Assembly (NCBI GenBank): GCA_964304625.1
Contig: OZ199838.1
Location: forward strand, 543,059-607,058
From: Kudoa neothunni
Taxonomy: Eukaryota > Animalia > Cnidaria
DNA length: 64,000 nt
Direction of reading: 5' to 3'
Shown in pieces: positions 29,360 through 47,572 of the stretch (its first letter is position 1; each line of letters opens with the position of its first letter). The translations under genes were made by a program, and so were the position numbers. The notes under the pieces were generated by a model that saw nothing but the letters and a program-made list of their open reading frames with translations, was not told where the DNA came from and did not search any database.

Positions 29360-30703
29360 TTAATCCCTGCAAACCTTTTCGCAAACTTCTTTAGATAAAA
29401 AGTTGTTTCCGTTTCCTCCAACACCCCCATAACGAAATTCTACACATTTGTTGGTACTACGAGAATAGTAGTATCTAACAATATTCAAATTTCCGACGTC
29501 ATTCTCATTAGTTTGCCCGTAAACTGAAGCAACGTCCAATTCACATACCTCTTCTGCCGTTTCCAATGTATCGTCGTCTCCTTCAAACTGTCAGTTTCGA
29601 ATATAAGTGAACAAATAATACCTCCACAGTAACTCAAACATAATTCCTTAGATCCAAAAATATTATTTTCAGGATTAAAATCACCAGGCCAACTCTCCAT
29701 TCGGTGGCATTTTTTGTTATTCTTATTAAAGTAATAGGAAACTACTACGTCACTTTTAGTCCAACTGGAATTTGACTTTGGAAATATATAAGGTTTGGTT
29801 TTTTTGCAAGCTGGAATTTTATCGTCTTCTTTGGCTATATATTGAAAATTATTAGACACACTTGTTTTTACAGAGTTACGATAGCATGTATTCACGCATT
29901 CCTGGAATGATTTGAATATCCCACGTTTCCTAGGGATATGGTCTATATGTTCATCTTCATATACTAAATGCTTCCCAATACTATGGTATTCAACTGCTGA
30001 GTACACGCATCGGCGAAGTCTCATATCAGCTATAATTCCTGTAGATGGCTTGTCAGAGTCTACTTTTGGTTTGACTTGACAATCGTATTTGTTAACATCT
30101 TGAGGCCCTTCTAATATTTCCAATGCCAACATTTTATTGAAAAATAAAATAAAATGATACTTTTACAATATCCTTCACATTCTTCTTGAGAATCATATAC
30201 GTTATTACTTTTTCCGCAACTTGTGTAACTAAATTGTCTGCATGTACGATCGGAACTATGGTAAGACCATTTTGGTTCTCCTCTATTAGGTCCACAATTT
30301 CCTGTTACTCCCGCAGTATCTGAACAACCCTTTACTTTATCATTCGGAGTTATAGTATCTAATGCAAACCTTAGCACAAAAGGAGTTTAGCTGAAAATAC
30401 AATGATCTATGCATTGTTTTTCTGTTGCAAAATTGTTAAAGTTTCCACTAAACCCCTTATATTTAAACGGCATGCATTTTCTGTCATATTTTCGGATGTA
30501 CCATCTGTCAAAATTAGGGCAAGTACGCAAACTGGTTTGACCAGCTACATGAGGACATACTCCTTCATCAAGCTTATAATCATCGTACACTAGTCCTTAG
30601 AAATTATTGTTAGATTTGATGATAGGTGTAATATAAAACTACTTGCAAATTGATGAAGATACAATAAATCGTAAAATATAATAAACGAGAGAAGAGTTTT
30701 CAT
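29360..30703 (-). CDS. Secreted multi-Kunitz/BPTI-domain protein (5 domains)
   Basis: Hydrophobic leader MKTLLSFIIFYDLLYLHQFA; domains with RWYI..CMPFKYKG..GNFNNF..KQC, KWSY..CRQFSYTSC..NNVY..EECEGYC, two divergent domains, and RYYY..KCVEFRYGGVGGNGNNFLSKEVCEKVC; phase-1 introns at most domain junctions. Confidence 0.88.
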
Positions 30704-32666
30704 TGATAGTAATTCGATGAAAATCAAGTCGTACCTATCCGAATTATTTAAGAGCTCAAACAAAATTCCAAATTTATAATAAAAATTCTGTTTTCGACTA
30801 AATGGTTGAATAAATCGTTGTCGTATATTCATGATACAATAGTATTATATTGGAGTTAAATCAATACGAATATAAGTGGTTTATAATTTGAGATAATTTA
30901 GTATTAAAAATGTAATAAATCTATTTAAACATGGAAAAACAGACTTTATTCAATTTTCTAAATAAACTGAATACAATTGATAACCACCTATACACAATGA
31001 CACTTAGTAGTGAGGGATAGGTACATGAAACAACTCGTTTAACCACGTTAATTCAATCATACCCATACATGATTGAATTCTTTGGGTAATGTTCTTGAGA
31101 TATAATTTAAGTAGTATCTTCTAATCTAAACTAGTAATCTAATAAAGAATATAACATTTTTACAATTGTAGAAAAAATTAGAATCTTTATTTTTGTCAGC
31201 TGTTCCATAACTTTATTCTAAATTAAATATGTTGAAAATTTTAGTTTTACACAGTTTTTTGAATGATAGAATAAGCTTAATTAGTAATTTGATAGATATA
31301 ACCAGCTAAATAACTTTTTTTATAAATTGATGAGATCTCCAGTCAAAAGTAATAATTGTTTCAACGACAATCGTGTCCTAAACATTTATTTTCTTTATAT
31401 TACACTTTTTTAGGCAATGGAACCAACTATCAGTTAAATATAAAGATATAACTTATATTGATACTATTTGTTTAATACGTATTATATAGCATTTAAATTT
31501 TTTGTAATGGATTCGTCAAAGTCGGCTATAGATATTATCTTATAGAAAACTAAAATTTATTCAAATTATAAAATCAGTAGAAGATTTAATCAATCCTAAT
31601 GCAAAATTCTTTTTTAAGTACTTTTATTTTTTAAAATTCCATTAGGTTCGTTATTTTATTTTAAATTGCAGCGTATTCTTATTTTTCATCACACAGAAGG
31701 GAAATCTATTATATTACATGGTCATATTATGTATATTAGGAATATTTATTTTTAAATTTAATTTAGTTAGCGTTTGAGAATAAAATTAATCAATAATAAA
31801 AGTAAACCTAAAATGAATAATACTCGTCGAAAATGTGATTTTTATCTTAATTATAAAAATTTATATAATTTCCGATCGTTCAATATTTAAAATATTTATT
31901 TTGTCTATGGAGAGTTGCGTGAAAGGGAAAACTTAACGGATTGAAGTATTTTTTGTCATTGGTTGGGAAAGATATTTCGATAGGAATGATTGAAGGAAAA
32001 CGAATATAATTGCGTGTCAAAATTGAGCTATAATGTTTCGAACATGTTTCACTATTAAATTTAACTTTTTTCGTAAATAAAGTTGGGTTAAATGATAAAT
32101 TTGATAATGTCGTTTCGAAATAATAATATTAATTTAAAATAATTAGAGTTATAGAAAAACTCAATTTTCTTATATATTTACAAGCTTGAGTATAAAAGAA
32201 TACGATAATAAAATATAAGCTGAATTTATATTGCTATAGGTTAAGTACGAAATTATAAACATGATTTAAGTTTTTATTTTTAAATTATTTAAGTCAATAC
32301 AGTTATTTGAAGAAATAATTTTGTGAAATTTCTAGTTTATATCAAATGACCTTTTTTATAGGTTATTTTACAAAATAATTAATGAAATAAGAAAATTCTA
32401 TAATATTTTAAAACATTGATAAGAAACTATAAGGAATGGGTACATTTTAGATTTTTAATAATCACGCTAATATTACAAAATGCCTAATTGTGATGAATAT
32501 ATGCTCACAAAATCTGATCGAAATCGTCCACAGAAACATTGGGGTGCGTGAACCCCCATGTAAGATATAAGAACTGCTGATTCGTACCAATTTTAATGAC
32601 TTATTAAGTAAATTAAGTCTTACAAAGTGTACATTTATGTATTCATAAAAATATGGAACGAATTAA

Positions 32667-32757
32667 AAAAATTATCTATCATTTTTTTAATATTAAAAAT
32701 TATCTATCATTTTTTTAATATTAAAAATTATCTATCATTTTTTTAATATTAAAAATT
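32667..32757. repeat. 3 x 28-bp tandem repeat
   Basis: aaaaattatctatcatttttttaatatt; tatctatc recurs at 32673, 32701 and 32729. Confidence 0.9.
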
Positions 32758-33298
32758 CTCCAAAAAGAATTCTTGGTTATTACACATTTAATGTTGGGAT
32801 AAATAGTCGGTGTAATTAAGAAAAAGTTTATTATTGTTAACCTCGATTTAAATAAAGAGTAATGAGTGTATAATCAATTTTTTACCTATATAAAAGTTCA
32901 TTTGAAAATATTTTTCGTCTGAAAAGTTCCTGCGTAATATGTGGGAAGTTAGTTCTTGATGAAAATTAAGTTAATTATTTACTATTATATCCATAATTTG
33001 TCATTTTAAAACATTTTTTCTAGATGAATAAAGTCATTTTATTTATTAAATTTTTTTTTATTTATATTATATTCAAAATCTTGATCATTCACATATTTAT
33101 CATTAAAAGTGATTTTTATCGATATTACACTCAGACGGAGCTATTTTAATATCTTAAGACTCGTTAAATTTTTAGTCACAAATGCCGTCCACTAATTATT
33201 GGTCATGATTTCATAAACATAATAAATTCCTCAATAATTTTTGAGAAAATTTGCGGTAAATTTTTAAAAATAATAATTTTTCATTTGAGGCTTTTTAA

Positions 33299-36200
33299 TC
33301 CTCACTGTCCGGAATGGGGTCCATGTGGACTCCAAATCCGACTAATTTGAACCTAGTTTTGGATAGATACATTTAAACCATCCCTAAATTTCGGAATTTC
33401 CCTAAAAATTTAAGACTCTTGGATCGGCGTAAAAAATTACATTTTAAAAAAGTATTATTGGCTAATTTTAATAATTTATGTGCCATTACAGACAAAAACA
33501 TGTTTCAAATTTTAAGAAAACACGTATATTCCGAGTAAATATATTCTTTTCGTATAATTGAAGATTTAAGATGTAATATTTTGTTGAGTAAATGATGATT
33601 CTTAGCATATTGAATTTTACCGAGTCTTAAACCAAAAATAACTTATCTTAAACTTTTAATTTTAATGATTTGTAGAGAGAATCAATGATGTAATTTAAAA
33701 ATCGTGGAATTTTCTATCGTTTCATCTAACTTTATAATTATGAAAACCTACTTCTGATACTATTATATTTATAAGAAAAAATTGTCGGACAAAAGAGAAT
33801 GTATAAATCAAATCCCAAGATCTAATATTAATTTGAATTTTGTTTTTTATATATAATTTAAAAATTACGTTAGATTACTCGTTAGATCGAAGACACCTTT
33901 ATTTAATTTAATTCAATCCTTTCATAGTTAATTTCTTGTTTCCAATTGTATACGTTAACATTGTCACCATTGCTATCCGCTCGGATCAATTTTTCTTGCG
34001 ATTTCCTCTTTTAACCCTAAAATAAATTTATAATGAATCTGGGTTAAATTTTTACCCCAACTAGAAGTTAATGGTTGTATACGTGATTTGTTTGATCTTC
34101 ATAGGATACGAGTTTTTTCGCACCAGTTGATAGATTCAATAATAATTACTGCATACATCCAATTTTAGGTTTATCTGAAGGCTAAATTTGAAGTTGTATG
34201 GATATTACCTATGTTGGCGACCACGTGACTTCCTATTTTTATTTTTAACATTGCGATAATTGAGATGGATTTCCCCGATAATAATTAAAATGATGAATAA
34301 AATTCTTTTTGAATGAGTATGAATACTTTTCAACTGATATGTCGTACGAATCTGACGAAATTGGAAATTTTGAGAATTCAGGTTAATCCACAATCAGTAA
34401 TGACGGTCTATGGTGATGTTTTTCCTTTCAATTGGTTGACTATTTATAAATGTGTGTTTCATTTACAAAAAAGACTTGTGAAATATTGGGGTCTTCGATC
34501 TTTAACAACATTATGTCAAGCATTAACAACAAGTGTCTAAATTTGAGATCTAATTAGGTAGAGAATTCATACTTACTTATAATTCAGAAAATATCAAATG
34601 ACACAAGGTCAATGATTATTAACCACTGTGAAAAAATATAGCAATTCTATAATTGCAGAAAATGTCGGTGTACATCGATGTATCGTTGTTTCAGTTCTAA
34701 AAGCCTACCTGATTGACGGAAAGGTCGAATCTTTAAGGCGGGGTGGCGATTATTCCACAAAGCTAACCAATGATCAAAAGTTGTCGATTAGAAATTGGGT
34801 GGACGAAGACGCAACAATCACTCTCAAAGCCCTCCGCCTGAAATTAATTGACGAATGTGGAGTAAGTGTAAGTGCCAGCACTATTACCAGATGCTTGAAA
34901 CAATTCCACTATTCGTTAAAAATAGTTACAATTGTCCCCGAGGGAAGGAATTGTGAGAGTACTTTAGAGCAGCGCCTTGTGTATGCTCAAAAATTCTTGA
35001 GATAGAAGATAAAAATTTCATTTTCATTGATGAAGTTGGCTTTAGTGTATCGACACGAACTAGAAAAGGTCGTTCCCTTGTTGGTACGTCAACTTACATT
35101 TCTGTTGGCGGCGTTAGAACAAGAAACATATCCGTTATAGCCTCTATGAGTAAATATGAGTAAATACGGTATGGTATTTTATAAAGTTAATCGGAGACCA
35201 GTGAATGGAGAAGATTTCAAGGAATACCTTATTGAGCTGGTAGATTTTTGCCGCTCGATCGTAGTAGATAATCCATGCTTCGTATTGGATAACGCGAGAA
35301 TTCATCACTATCGGGGACTTGCAGATGTGCTAAACATTATGCAAGTAACATTGATGTACCTGCCTCCATACTCGCCATTTTGGAATCCGATCAAAAATGT
35401 GTTCTGTAAATGGAGGAACCATGTTATATGGGGTTCAGCAAGGGATGAACCTGATGTTTAGAACTTGATAGACGATGGATTCAAAATTATCACCCCTGAT
35501 GATTGTTCCGGATACTATCGAAAGATGCTTCAATATGTTTTCAGATGTCTCAATAGAGAAATTATTATGAAATAAATATAAATTTTATCATCTTCAAGAA
35601 GACTATATATTATATTCTCCTGATTTAACATTATTATTTTATACGCGCATCAAAACAATGGAATTTGTAAATAATCTTGCGTTACATCTAATGCTGTGTT
35701 AATGTAGTAATGTTTATTTCATTTAGGCTGAATCAAGTTTATGGTTAAATGTATAAAAATTATATTTTTAATCTCGACTTGTTAAAAAAGTTCAAATTAT
35801 TTCTTTTATTAGTTAATGCTCGAAAAACCCTATAATATGCTTATGAAAAAGTTTTCGAAAAAATGGCAAAGTTGCTCTCTGTCTATTAATGGAAAGAAAC
35901 ATCCTTGAAGCCCAAAATCCTAAGAGCTCAACTATATCTATTCTACTATAACTGAGCACACCAAATAAATGCACAATATTTTTAAGGTTTGAATGGTTTT
36001 TACGGTAAATTAATGTGAAACCCCCTCTTGCTTGTTACAGATGTACGAAACTGTCGCAAAATTCAAAGTGTTTGCTAATCTTATTCTCATTGAATATTCT
36101 ATATTATTGCGAAAATAATAATTAAAATATTTATTACATGATATCGATGTGAACTTTACTCAAAAATTAAGCTTTTATCAAAAATTGTCATTGCCGATTT

Positions 36201-36695
36201 TAACGAATACAATTTTCGTAGTATTATGAGGATTAATACTCGGATGTTAGTTGTTTTACAACTGAATCTAGCCATGGAATTATGTAGCTTTTTATTTTCT
36301 GAGATTAAATTATTTTTTATGGTTCGAATGGAGAAATAAAAAACTGGGATAATTTTTTTACCTAAAAAATTCATCGGAACGCAGTCTATTTTTAATACAT
36401 TAGAGAGTTACAGTGGTTTCTTTTCAAATTAAGTATGTTTAATTTTAATTTATGTAACATTAAATTATTCCTTAATGTTAAATAGCCGATATTAGTGCAT
36501 TGTAAGACTCTGTTTTGTAGCCTACTAACGCTCCATAATTAATTTAATTTCCTATGCAGAGCATCTTATAAATAGTTGAACAATTATTTTAAGCGTTACA
36601 AAAAGAAATTAAAGACCGTTAAGATGGTTTTTTCTGGGGTCCGGAAGGACCACTCGGAACACGCGTGACTTTTTTTCCGCGCGGTACAGGGAGGG
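33299..36695. mobile_element. Putative non-autonomous piggyBac-type element enclosing the Tc1-like insertion
   Basis: TTAA|TCCTCACTGT ... ACAGGGAGGG|TTAA (8/10 inverted match); subterminal ggggtcc...ggac motifs at both ends; right end resembles 40870-40932. Confidence 0.55.
34590..35575 (+). mobile_element. IS630/Tc1-mariner transposase pseudogene (DD34E spacing, E mutated to K)
   Basis: RGG..TKLT..Q, SVSASTITRCLKQFHYSLK, FIFIDEVGFS, FVLDNARIHH, YLPPYSPFWNPIK; frameshifts, a small tatgagtaaa duplication and a stop; related to, but not identical with, the 3925-5243 element. Confidence 0.9.
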
Positions 36696-37412
36696 TTAAT
36701 ATTGAAGGAAACATATTTTAATTTAATCGTATTGTATTTTATCACTGTGTAATAATAATTCTTCAGACACAAAGTTAATTTCGATTACTCCTAATTTAAT
36801 GCATAGCTATTAATTTTTTAAATATTTTAAGTTATTTTACAATAAAATAATCTACATTAAAAAAAATTTAAACCAGGAATCTCATTATCCTCTGCAATGC
36901 AGAATAAAAATTCTAATTATTCTGTAATTATTTAAAATATTTAGTTACCTTTGTATACATATATAATTAAAACAGATTTTACAATTATTTTAGTAATATA
37001 CATTAATACGAGAATGATTAGTTATAAACATAAATTAAAAGTTATATTCTTAACTTAGTCTTTAAAAAAAAACTTAAAAAGTTGTACACCAACTCTGTTT
37101 GTTAATAATCAACAAAATAATATTCCAAGTTTATTTTATGGTATATTATAAATTAAAATTTTTAAAATTATATTTATTTTAAATACGAGATGATTTAAAA
37201 CTTTGTATATTAATTAAAAAAGGGAATTATTTAATAAAAAACATAACTAAGGATTTTATATAAAGAATGTACACCGGTTGAAAAAAATTTTTTCAGTATT
37301 ATCAAGTAAACAGAAAATAGTATTTTCACAAGCGTGATCTCAACAAAATATAAGCCATCCAAATGACTCGAAGGTTCAAAATCAAAATCGAGTAATAATA
37401 TTAAATTATAGA

Positions 37413-41556
<4,144 letters not shown>

Positions 41557-43020
41557 TTGTCTTAATTGTTCACTCAGTAGCAATGAAGTGAATAATAAAA
41601 CAATAATTATACAGTAGTTTTAGGAGAAGTTAAATTTATTCGTGCGTTATTGCAAAATTTGCTGTATAATATTTAAAAAGCCGAGTTAAAATTAAAAATC
41701 TGAATCTCAACTCATCTCTTAATCTTATTATCTTTGGATTGATAGAACAAACGCACGATACTGCCAAAATAGATCCTTATTTCAAACAACTCGGATAATA
41801 CACTTGATATTAATGTAAAAATGAAATATTTTTCATTACGAAACGACCCATATAGTCAGTTATATTCGACTAATTTTAAAAATTTAGCAACCTGTGTTTG
41901 AGGATTTCATATTATGGGTTATAATATATTGAGTATGGGTGTTAGTGATTTCGATATAACTTTAATAAATATGGCGAAAACGCATGTTGATGATTTCGAT
42001 GGGTATATTTCTTCAATTGAATCAAAAGTTTGATTCAATATATTTTATTTCGTTTAATATTCATTGTTAGTAGAAGTAAAAAATAATACATTTAAGTGGC
42101 TTAAAAAGTTTGGGCGTATCTATAATCTATCCGAATGGATAAAAACTGTCGTTTTAGTTATTGTTGAAAATTATTGAATATTTCCACGTGAATTTATCAA
42201 TATATAAGAAATATTGAATATACCTCAAAAGTGTAGCGATTTTTAATAATTTAGACATTCAAAGCCATTGAATAGAAAGCTGATTAATTGTGGTTTTTGT
42301 ATATTGCAATCTGCGAGCGTAGTCACATCAGACCTGATAACTTAATTAATTATAAAAATAACCAGAATGAAAGAATTTATTTATTAGTAAGTATTTTTCA
42401 GGGGGAATATTGGTAGGTATTAAAAAATTCTCATATCCTTTTTAAAAGAAGACAACTTTATTATTGTTTACCTGATTTATATGATAAATTAATTAGATTT
42501 TTAATCTTATTTGTATTAAATATAGGTGATATATTATTTTTCAGCATGTATTGCTAAATTTGATGAACAAAAATTATCTTACACCTGTTAATGTCCATAA
42601 ATTAAACAAATTAGAAATAAATGAATCAAAATAAAAAATTGTAATAGAATAAAACTTGTAATAAAAACAAATATTTATTTTCCCTTCAATGGAAATGAAT
42701 TCCGTATTAGGTTCCTATATTACACTAAAAAAATTCAAATGATTTCATATAATTGTATTTATCCTCGAAAATATAAACATATTTGTATATAGATATATAG
42801 ATAAATTGGAAAAATATTCAATAATAAACAATTTTTTATTCTATTTTTAGTTCATTAAAATTATTATATAAAACAGTTAGCACGTATAATTTTTGAATGC
42901 TTTCTTCAAAACAAAACTGTGCAGACTGACGAAAGGTCATCATATTTCGAATGATTAGTATAAGATTCATCAGAATCTATGGGGCTATCGCTGTATTTGG
43001 AGAGGATGATTTGCTTGTAT

Positions 43021-43513
43021 CAGGGGTCACCAAAGTACGACGCGCAGTGCCCCCTTAATGTTTGGATGCGCATGCGCGTTGATTACTTACCAGTACCCCC
43101 TAGAATTAATGGGGGGCTAGGAAACAATGACAGGTTGTGCTTATGCTAACAAAAAATTCGCGAAATTTTATTATTTCATGCAAAATACACAAATAAATCA
43201 ATATCAAAATATAAAAGTATAAAAATATCAAAGAAATATAAAACTAGGCTTATACGAAAATTTAATTTCTTGCTGTACCCTGGCGTAACGTGTCTGATTT
43301 ATTTGGAACAAATTCGGGGAAATTATTTTATCGAATATGGATCAATTCCATGTTTCACACTCAAAAAAAAAATCATCATAATTTTTTCATAATTTTGTCT
43401 TATTTATGTAATTTTTATAATTCTTTGGTTTCCAATAAAATATTTTAATCAGACCCTCGAAGCTTATGAAAATCTAAAATGTGGCCCGCCAGTCAAAAAC
43501 TTTGGTGCCCTTG
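43021..43513. mobile_element. hAT-superfamily MITE (493 bp)
   Basis: Termini CAGGGGTCACCAAAGT / ACTTTGGTGCCCTTG; 8-bp TSD GCTTGTAT (43013-43020) and GCTTATAT (43514-43521); subterminal gtggcccgc motif. Confidence 0.85.
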
Positions 43514-44027
43514 GCTTATATCGACTTCGCACAAGCGGGGAGTATTATTTGTACTGTTTTTAGTTATTTTTTCAATAATTATTTCATTTAATTTTCTTAA
43601 ATTTGTAGAAATAATCTGTATTGAATTTTTAGATGATTTTTTAAAGATAATCGGGGGGCCCAAAAACGACGTGGTGTAAATAATTTTTATTTTCCACGAT
43701 ATTCGAAAAAAAAATGGAAATACAATGCGTTTTGGAGATATAATATTGGTTATTAACTAATTAAAACTTATAGATGAGCCGTAGGTTTTCATGACATCCA
43801 TTGATTTCCAATGAATCCCCTATAGACTTCGAGGGTAAATGAACAATAGACACGAAAAGATTAATATATAGTTTTCCCCACATAATACGACAAGGGTTAA
43901 GAGGGATAATAGAACACATTTACCAAGTCAGTCACATGAAAGAATAATTTAATTCAAGCCTATAGCACCATAAAACCAGCAAAAAACAGTCACAATTGAA
44001 AAATTATATAAAAGGATATAATTTACT

Positions 44028-45902
44028 TTAAATATCCAATGTATTTTGTGGTATTTTTTGACGTTTACCAAATTTATCGAATCCTCCCCGTGTTTGCCGA
44101 TACATTAAAACACCAACGATCACCGTCATTACAACTACACAGAGCAGTACACTTGATAACGTAGCCACGTGCATTTTACTCCTACCATTATCAAATGATT
44201 CGGGGGATTTGTTGATTTTTGTAGATTTTGGATTAAACTCAGCTTTTGAAAACTCCTCTTCTCTAATTTTGTCATTTTTAATCATTATTGGTGCTTTTTC
44301 ACGATTCGTTCCTGTTGACAAAACATCACCATTGTTTGATGTAGTCTGTTTCAATCGATTTTTATCTTGAAATGAATTGAATTGTAGTCTCAATTTATCA
44401 CCTTCTTGATTTAAATGCAAGAGATAATTAGTGATGTAGAGTTTATCAATATTTATTCTCTCATAAAGTTGTTGAATTTGAGATTTCACATTAGAAACAA
44501 TGCTTAAATAAGTTTCAATATTAGTTGGATTATTTGACGACGAAAATTTTTTGTTATTTCTGTTGAATCCGATTAATTTTGTTAACGTAGGATCGCAAAG
44601 TGAAAAATCATTATTCTTTATTCTCTCTAAAGCATGGAACACTTCTCTCGTTAACTCAACACTTTCCTTATGGGCAGTGGCATCCTTTAAAACCGGCTCA
44701 TTTTTAGTTGAAATGTCATTAATAGAAGCTTTTATTTGAGCAAATGTTGCAAGGAGATTTTCCTTATTGATTTTGATTACCGCCATTTGTTGAATGTGGT
44801 TTTTCAATGACGAAATTGACATTTCCAGCAAACTTTGAGAATCCGTACTAAATTGAACCATTTCCGTTGATATTTGTTTAATTAGGGTTTCTGTTTCTTG
44901 AGTTTTTTCTTCGGCTCTAAGCTTGCTTGTTTCTATATTTCGATAAGAATGGTACATTCTGTCGTATTCACTCACCAAACTTGTTGGATTATCTCTATTA
45001 ATTTCTCTAATAAAATCAGAATATATTTGCAATTCCTTCCACAGTTTTGTTTCCAAAATTGGCACGGTGATGACAGCATCTCTTAAGGAAGACTTTATTT
45101 GGTTAAATTTTTTAAGAGTTGCTTCAATAATAGGATTCAATGGAGGGATAAAAGTAACTTCGCTGCAAATAGTTTTTATTTCCATCATTTCGCGTTTAAT
45201 TTCAGAATCTGTGTCATCTAAAGATTCTTTTAGGTTATAAACGCTAATTATATTTTTGTAGGCGTTTATATCATTACGATCTTTCCCATTGCAAACATCC
45301 AACGACGTTTTCATGGAAGTAAGTAATTCCTTCATATGTAGTTGTTGCCGTTTCACATTTGCAATTAGAGTGTTTGCATTTTTAAACTTTTCCTTTAAGC
45401 TAGCATTCGCCTTTGATAGTGCTTTATGTTCAGTTCTCGAAGACTTCACATCCTCTATTAGTTGTCCGAAATCATAGTGGTTTGCTAAGACTGCTTGAAT
45501 AGCTGGAATAGTTTCGGTGATAAACTTTGAATTCTTCAATAATTCGAACAATAAAATCATCTCTTGGAACTGTTTGTTGGGTTCTCTAATCAGATATTGA
45601 GGTTTTTTCTCGTTGTTTCCAAAATGTGTTTCCAATTCATCTATGTTACAATATTGAAAATCCGAATTTTGTGTATTGTAGCTGTTTTCAGAATATTCAT
45701 GAAACGAAGCGTTTTGTTTGTTGATACATTTTATGTCGTGCAGTGAATCACTATTTAATGTGAGACTATGTTCATTCGTTAATGATACATCAGTATCATC
45801 AGTGGCTTCTTTTAGTTGGGGGATAACTAAACAAATTAGAATTATTTATTTGATTACCGTCCAAACAAATTAACTTGATATAAATATTATCAACAACCAC
45901 AT
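44028..45902 (-). CDS. Uncharacterised type-I membrane protein: signal peptide, long helical/coiled-coil ectodomain, C-terminal TM, short basic tail
   Basis: 535-aa ORF extends upstream in frame to an acceptor near 45827; short first exon MWLLIIFIS with a 48-nt GT-AG intron; TM VATLSSVLLCVVVMTVIVGVLMY followed by RQTR...; no recognisable domain. Confidence 0.75.
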
Positions 45903-46157
45903 TATATTAGTATTAGGCTCGTTGACTGTCGAGATATTTTAAATTGTTTCTAATTCATTCTGAGAATGAATACCATTCCATGTATATGACGAAGGACAAT
46001 TTAATGAATCCTACTTAAAATAATCCACAAGTTTCAATGATAATTTATAATGAAAGAATACAAATATTTGTTTACATAAAGAAAATTATCATTAATGTTA
46101 AATGATTATCCCTCATCGGTAACATTTAACTTATTTCAATATGAATAAGTGAATCGT

Positions 46158-46192
<35 letters not shown>

Positions 46193-47572
46193 CGTATATG
46201 GATGCATTAATAGAATAGGAAAGTCAGTGAATAGTAATCGAATAAAACTGAATAATTTTGATTTCTAGAATAAAGTTATAACTGAGAAAAATTTGAAAGG
46301 GAATAGTTTTTTATGTAATAATCCAATTGTATAAATAATTAATTATTTAGAGATCTTAAATTAAATTACTGACGAGAAATTATACTTCCTAAGAAAAATC
46401 ATGTTTGAAAGAGTATAGGCTGAATTTGTTTTCCTTCTATACTTTAATTTTACTGATTAATATACTGATGACAATGTATATATAAGTATATAACAGGTTT
46501 TTCAATTTACAATATTCCTATCGCTAGATAGAAGAATTCTGAATTATTAAATTACATACAAATTTTCTATCTTAAAAACCGTTATATTTAATGTATTTTC
46601 ATTGTTTAACACGATTTTAAAGGATTAGTTAACGTTTAATTTTTGTTAATCTTGTAACTAACTAAAAATTTGGCTAATTACTGAACTTACACTAAAGAGT
46701 GTGTAACACAGGAACTAACCCACTGAGATAATACGAGACAAGTTTTTCTGATCTTTTACAGTTTCTTAGTCACTACAATACCCCCAGCTGCATAAAATAA
46801 CGAAGAAGGACTATTTAGACTATTCAAATCTTTAGGTTTGTTAATTACTGTATTTAGGTTATATAAAGGTAAGCTAATATTGTTACTAACGACACACACG
46901 ACAATAACTATGAAACCTATTATATTTTACGGAACGAACGCTCAAAGATTGAATTTTGCGTTAATTTACTCAAGCTGTTATTTATACCAACTTAAATACA
47001 AAACAACTGGCCTAGATGTAGGTATCGTTGTTGATTCGTTGATAGTGTTTGTAATCACTATCGAATATAAGGTTGTAAGCAATAAGTAGAAAAAAGTGAT
47101 CTTTCAAATGCGCAGTTGGTTTTAATTGAATAAAATGAAATGGTTAACTCAAATTTTTCAGTAGAATCATTTTTAAAATTGTATTAAATTATTTAAAAAT
47201 AAATGAGAATCTTAACTACATTATCCAACAATGCTAAGAATCTCCCATTTAAAAATTGGATTAATTTATTATTTCTGAGTTTATGCAAAATAAACAAAAT
47301 ATCGTCACACTACTTCAATGATCAAGGGTTCGACTGGAAAAATGCAAAATTGACACCATAAATCACTTGTATACATCAAAAACAAATGTTGATTTTGATT
47401 GATCATTTCTATTTGAGTAGATCTGTAGTTGTTGGTTTTTGGCGCCTGTCTTTTACAGATTAGATCGAAGATGCCAGTTGCTTGGTTATGTCAACACGAA
47501 GAAATAAAATAACTTTAGCCTAATTAGGTGATAATCAGTCAACAATTGAATTGTAGATATATCCTTATTGAT

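Noticed and set aside
30387-30389. Genetic-code reassignment of TAA suggested by the in-frame stop in the Kunitz gene
   Set aside because: TAA, TAG and TGA all terminate other genes here normally, and a GT-AG intron can remove this stop.
46160-46189. (AT)n and similar microsatellites (also ~414-433, ~23575-23640, ~39605-39630)
   Set aside because: Ordinary simple repeats.
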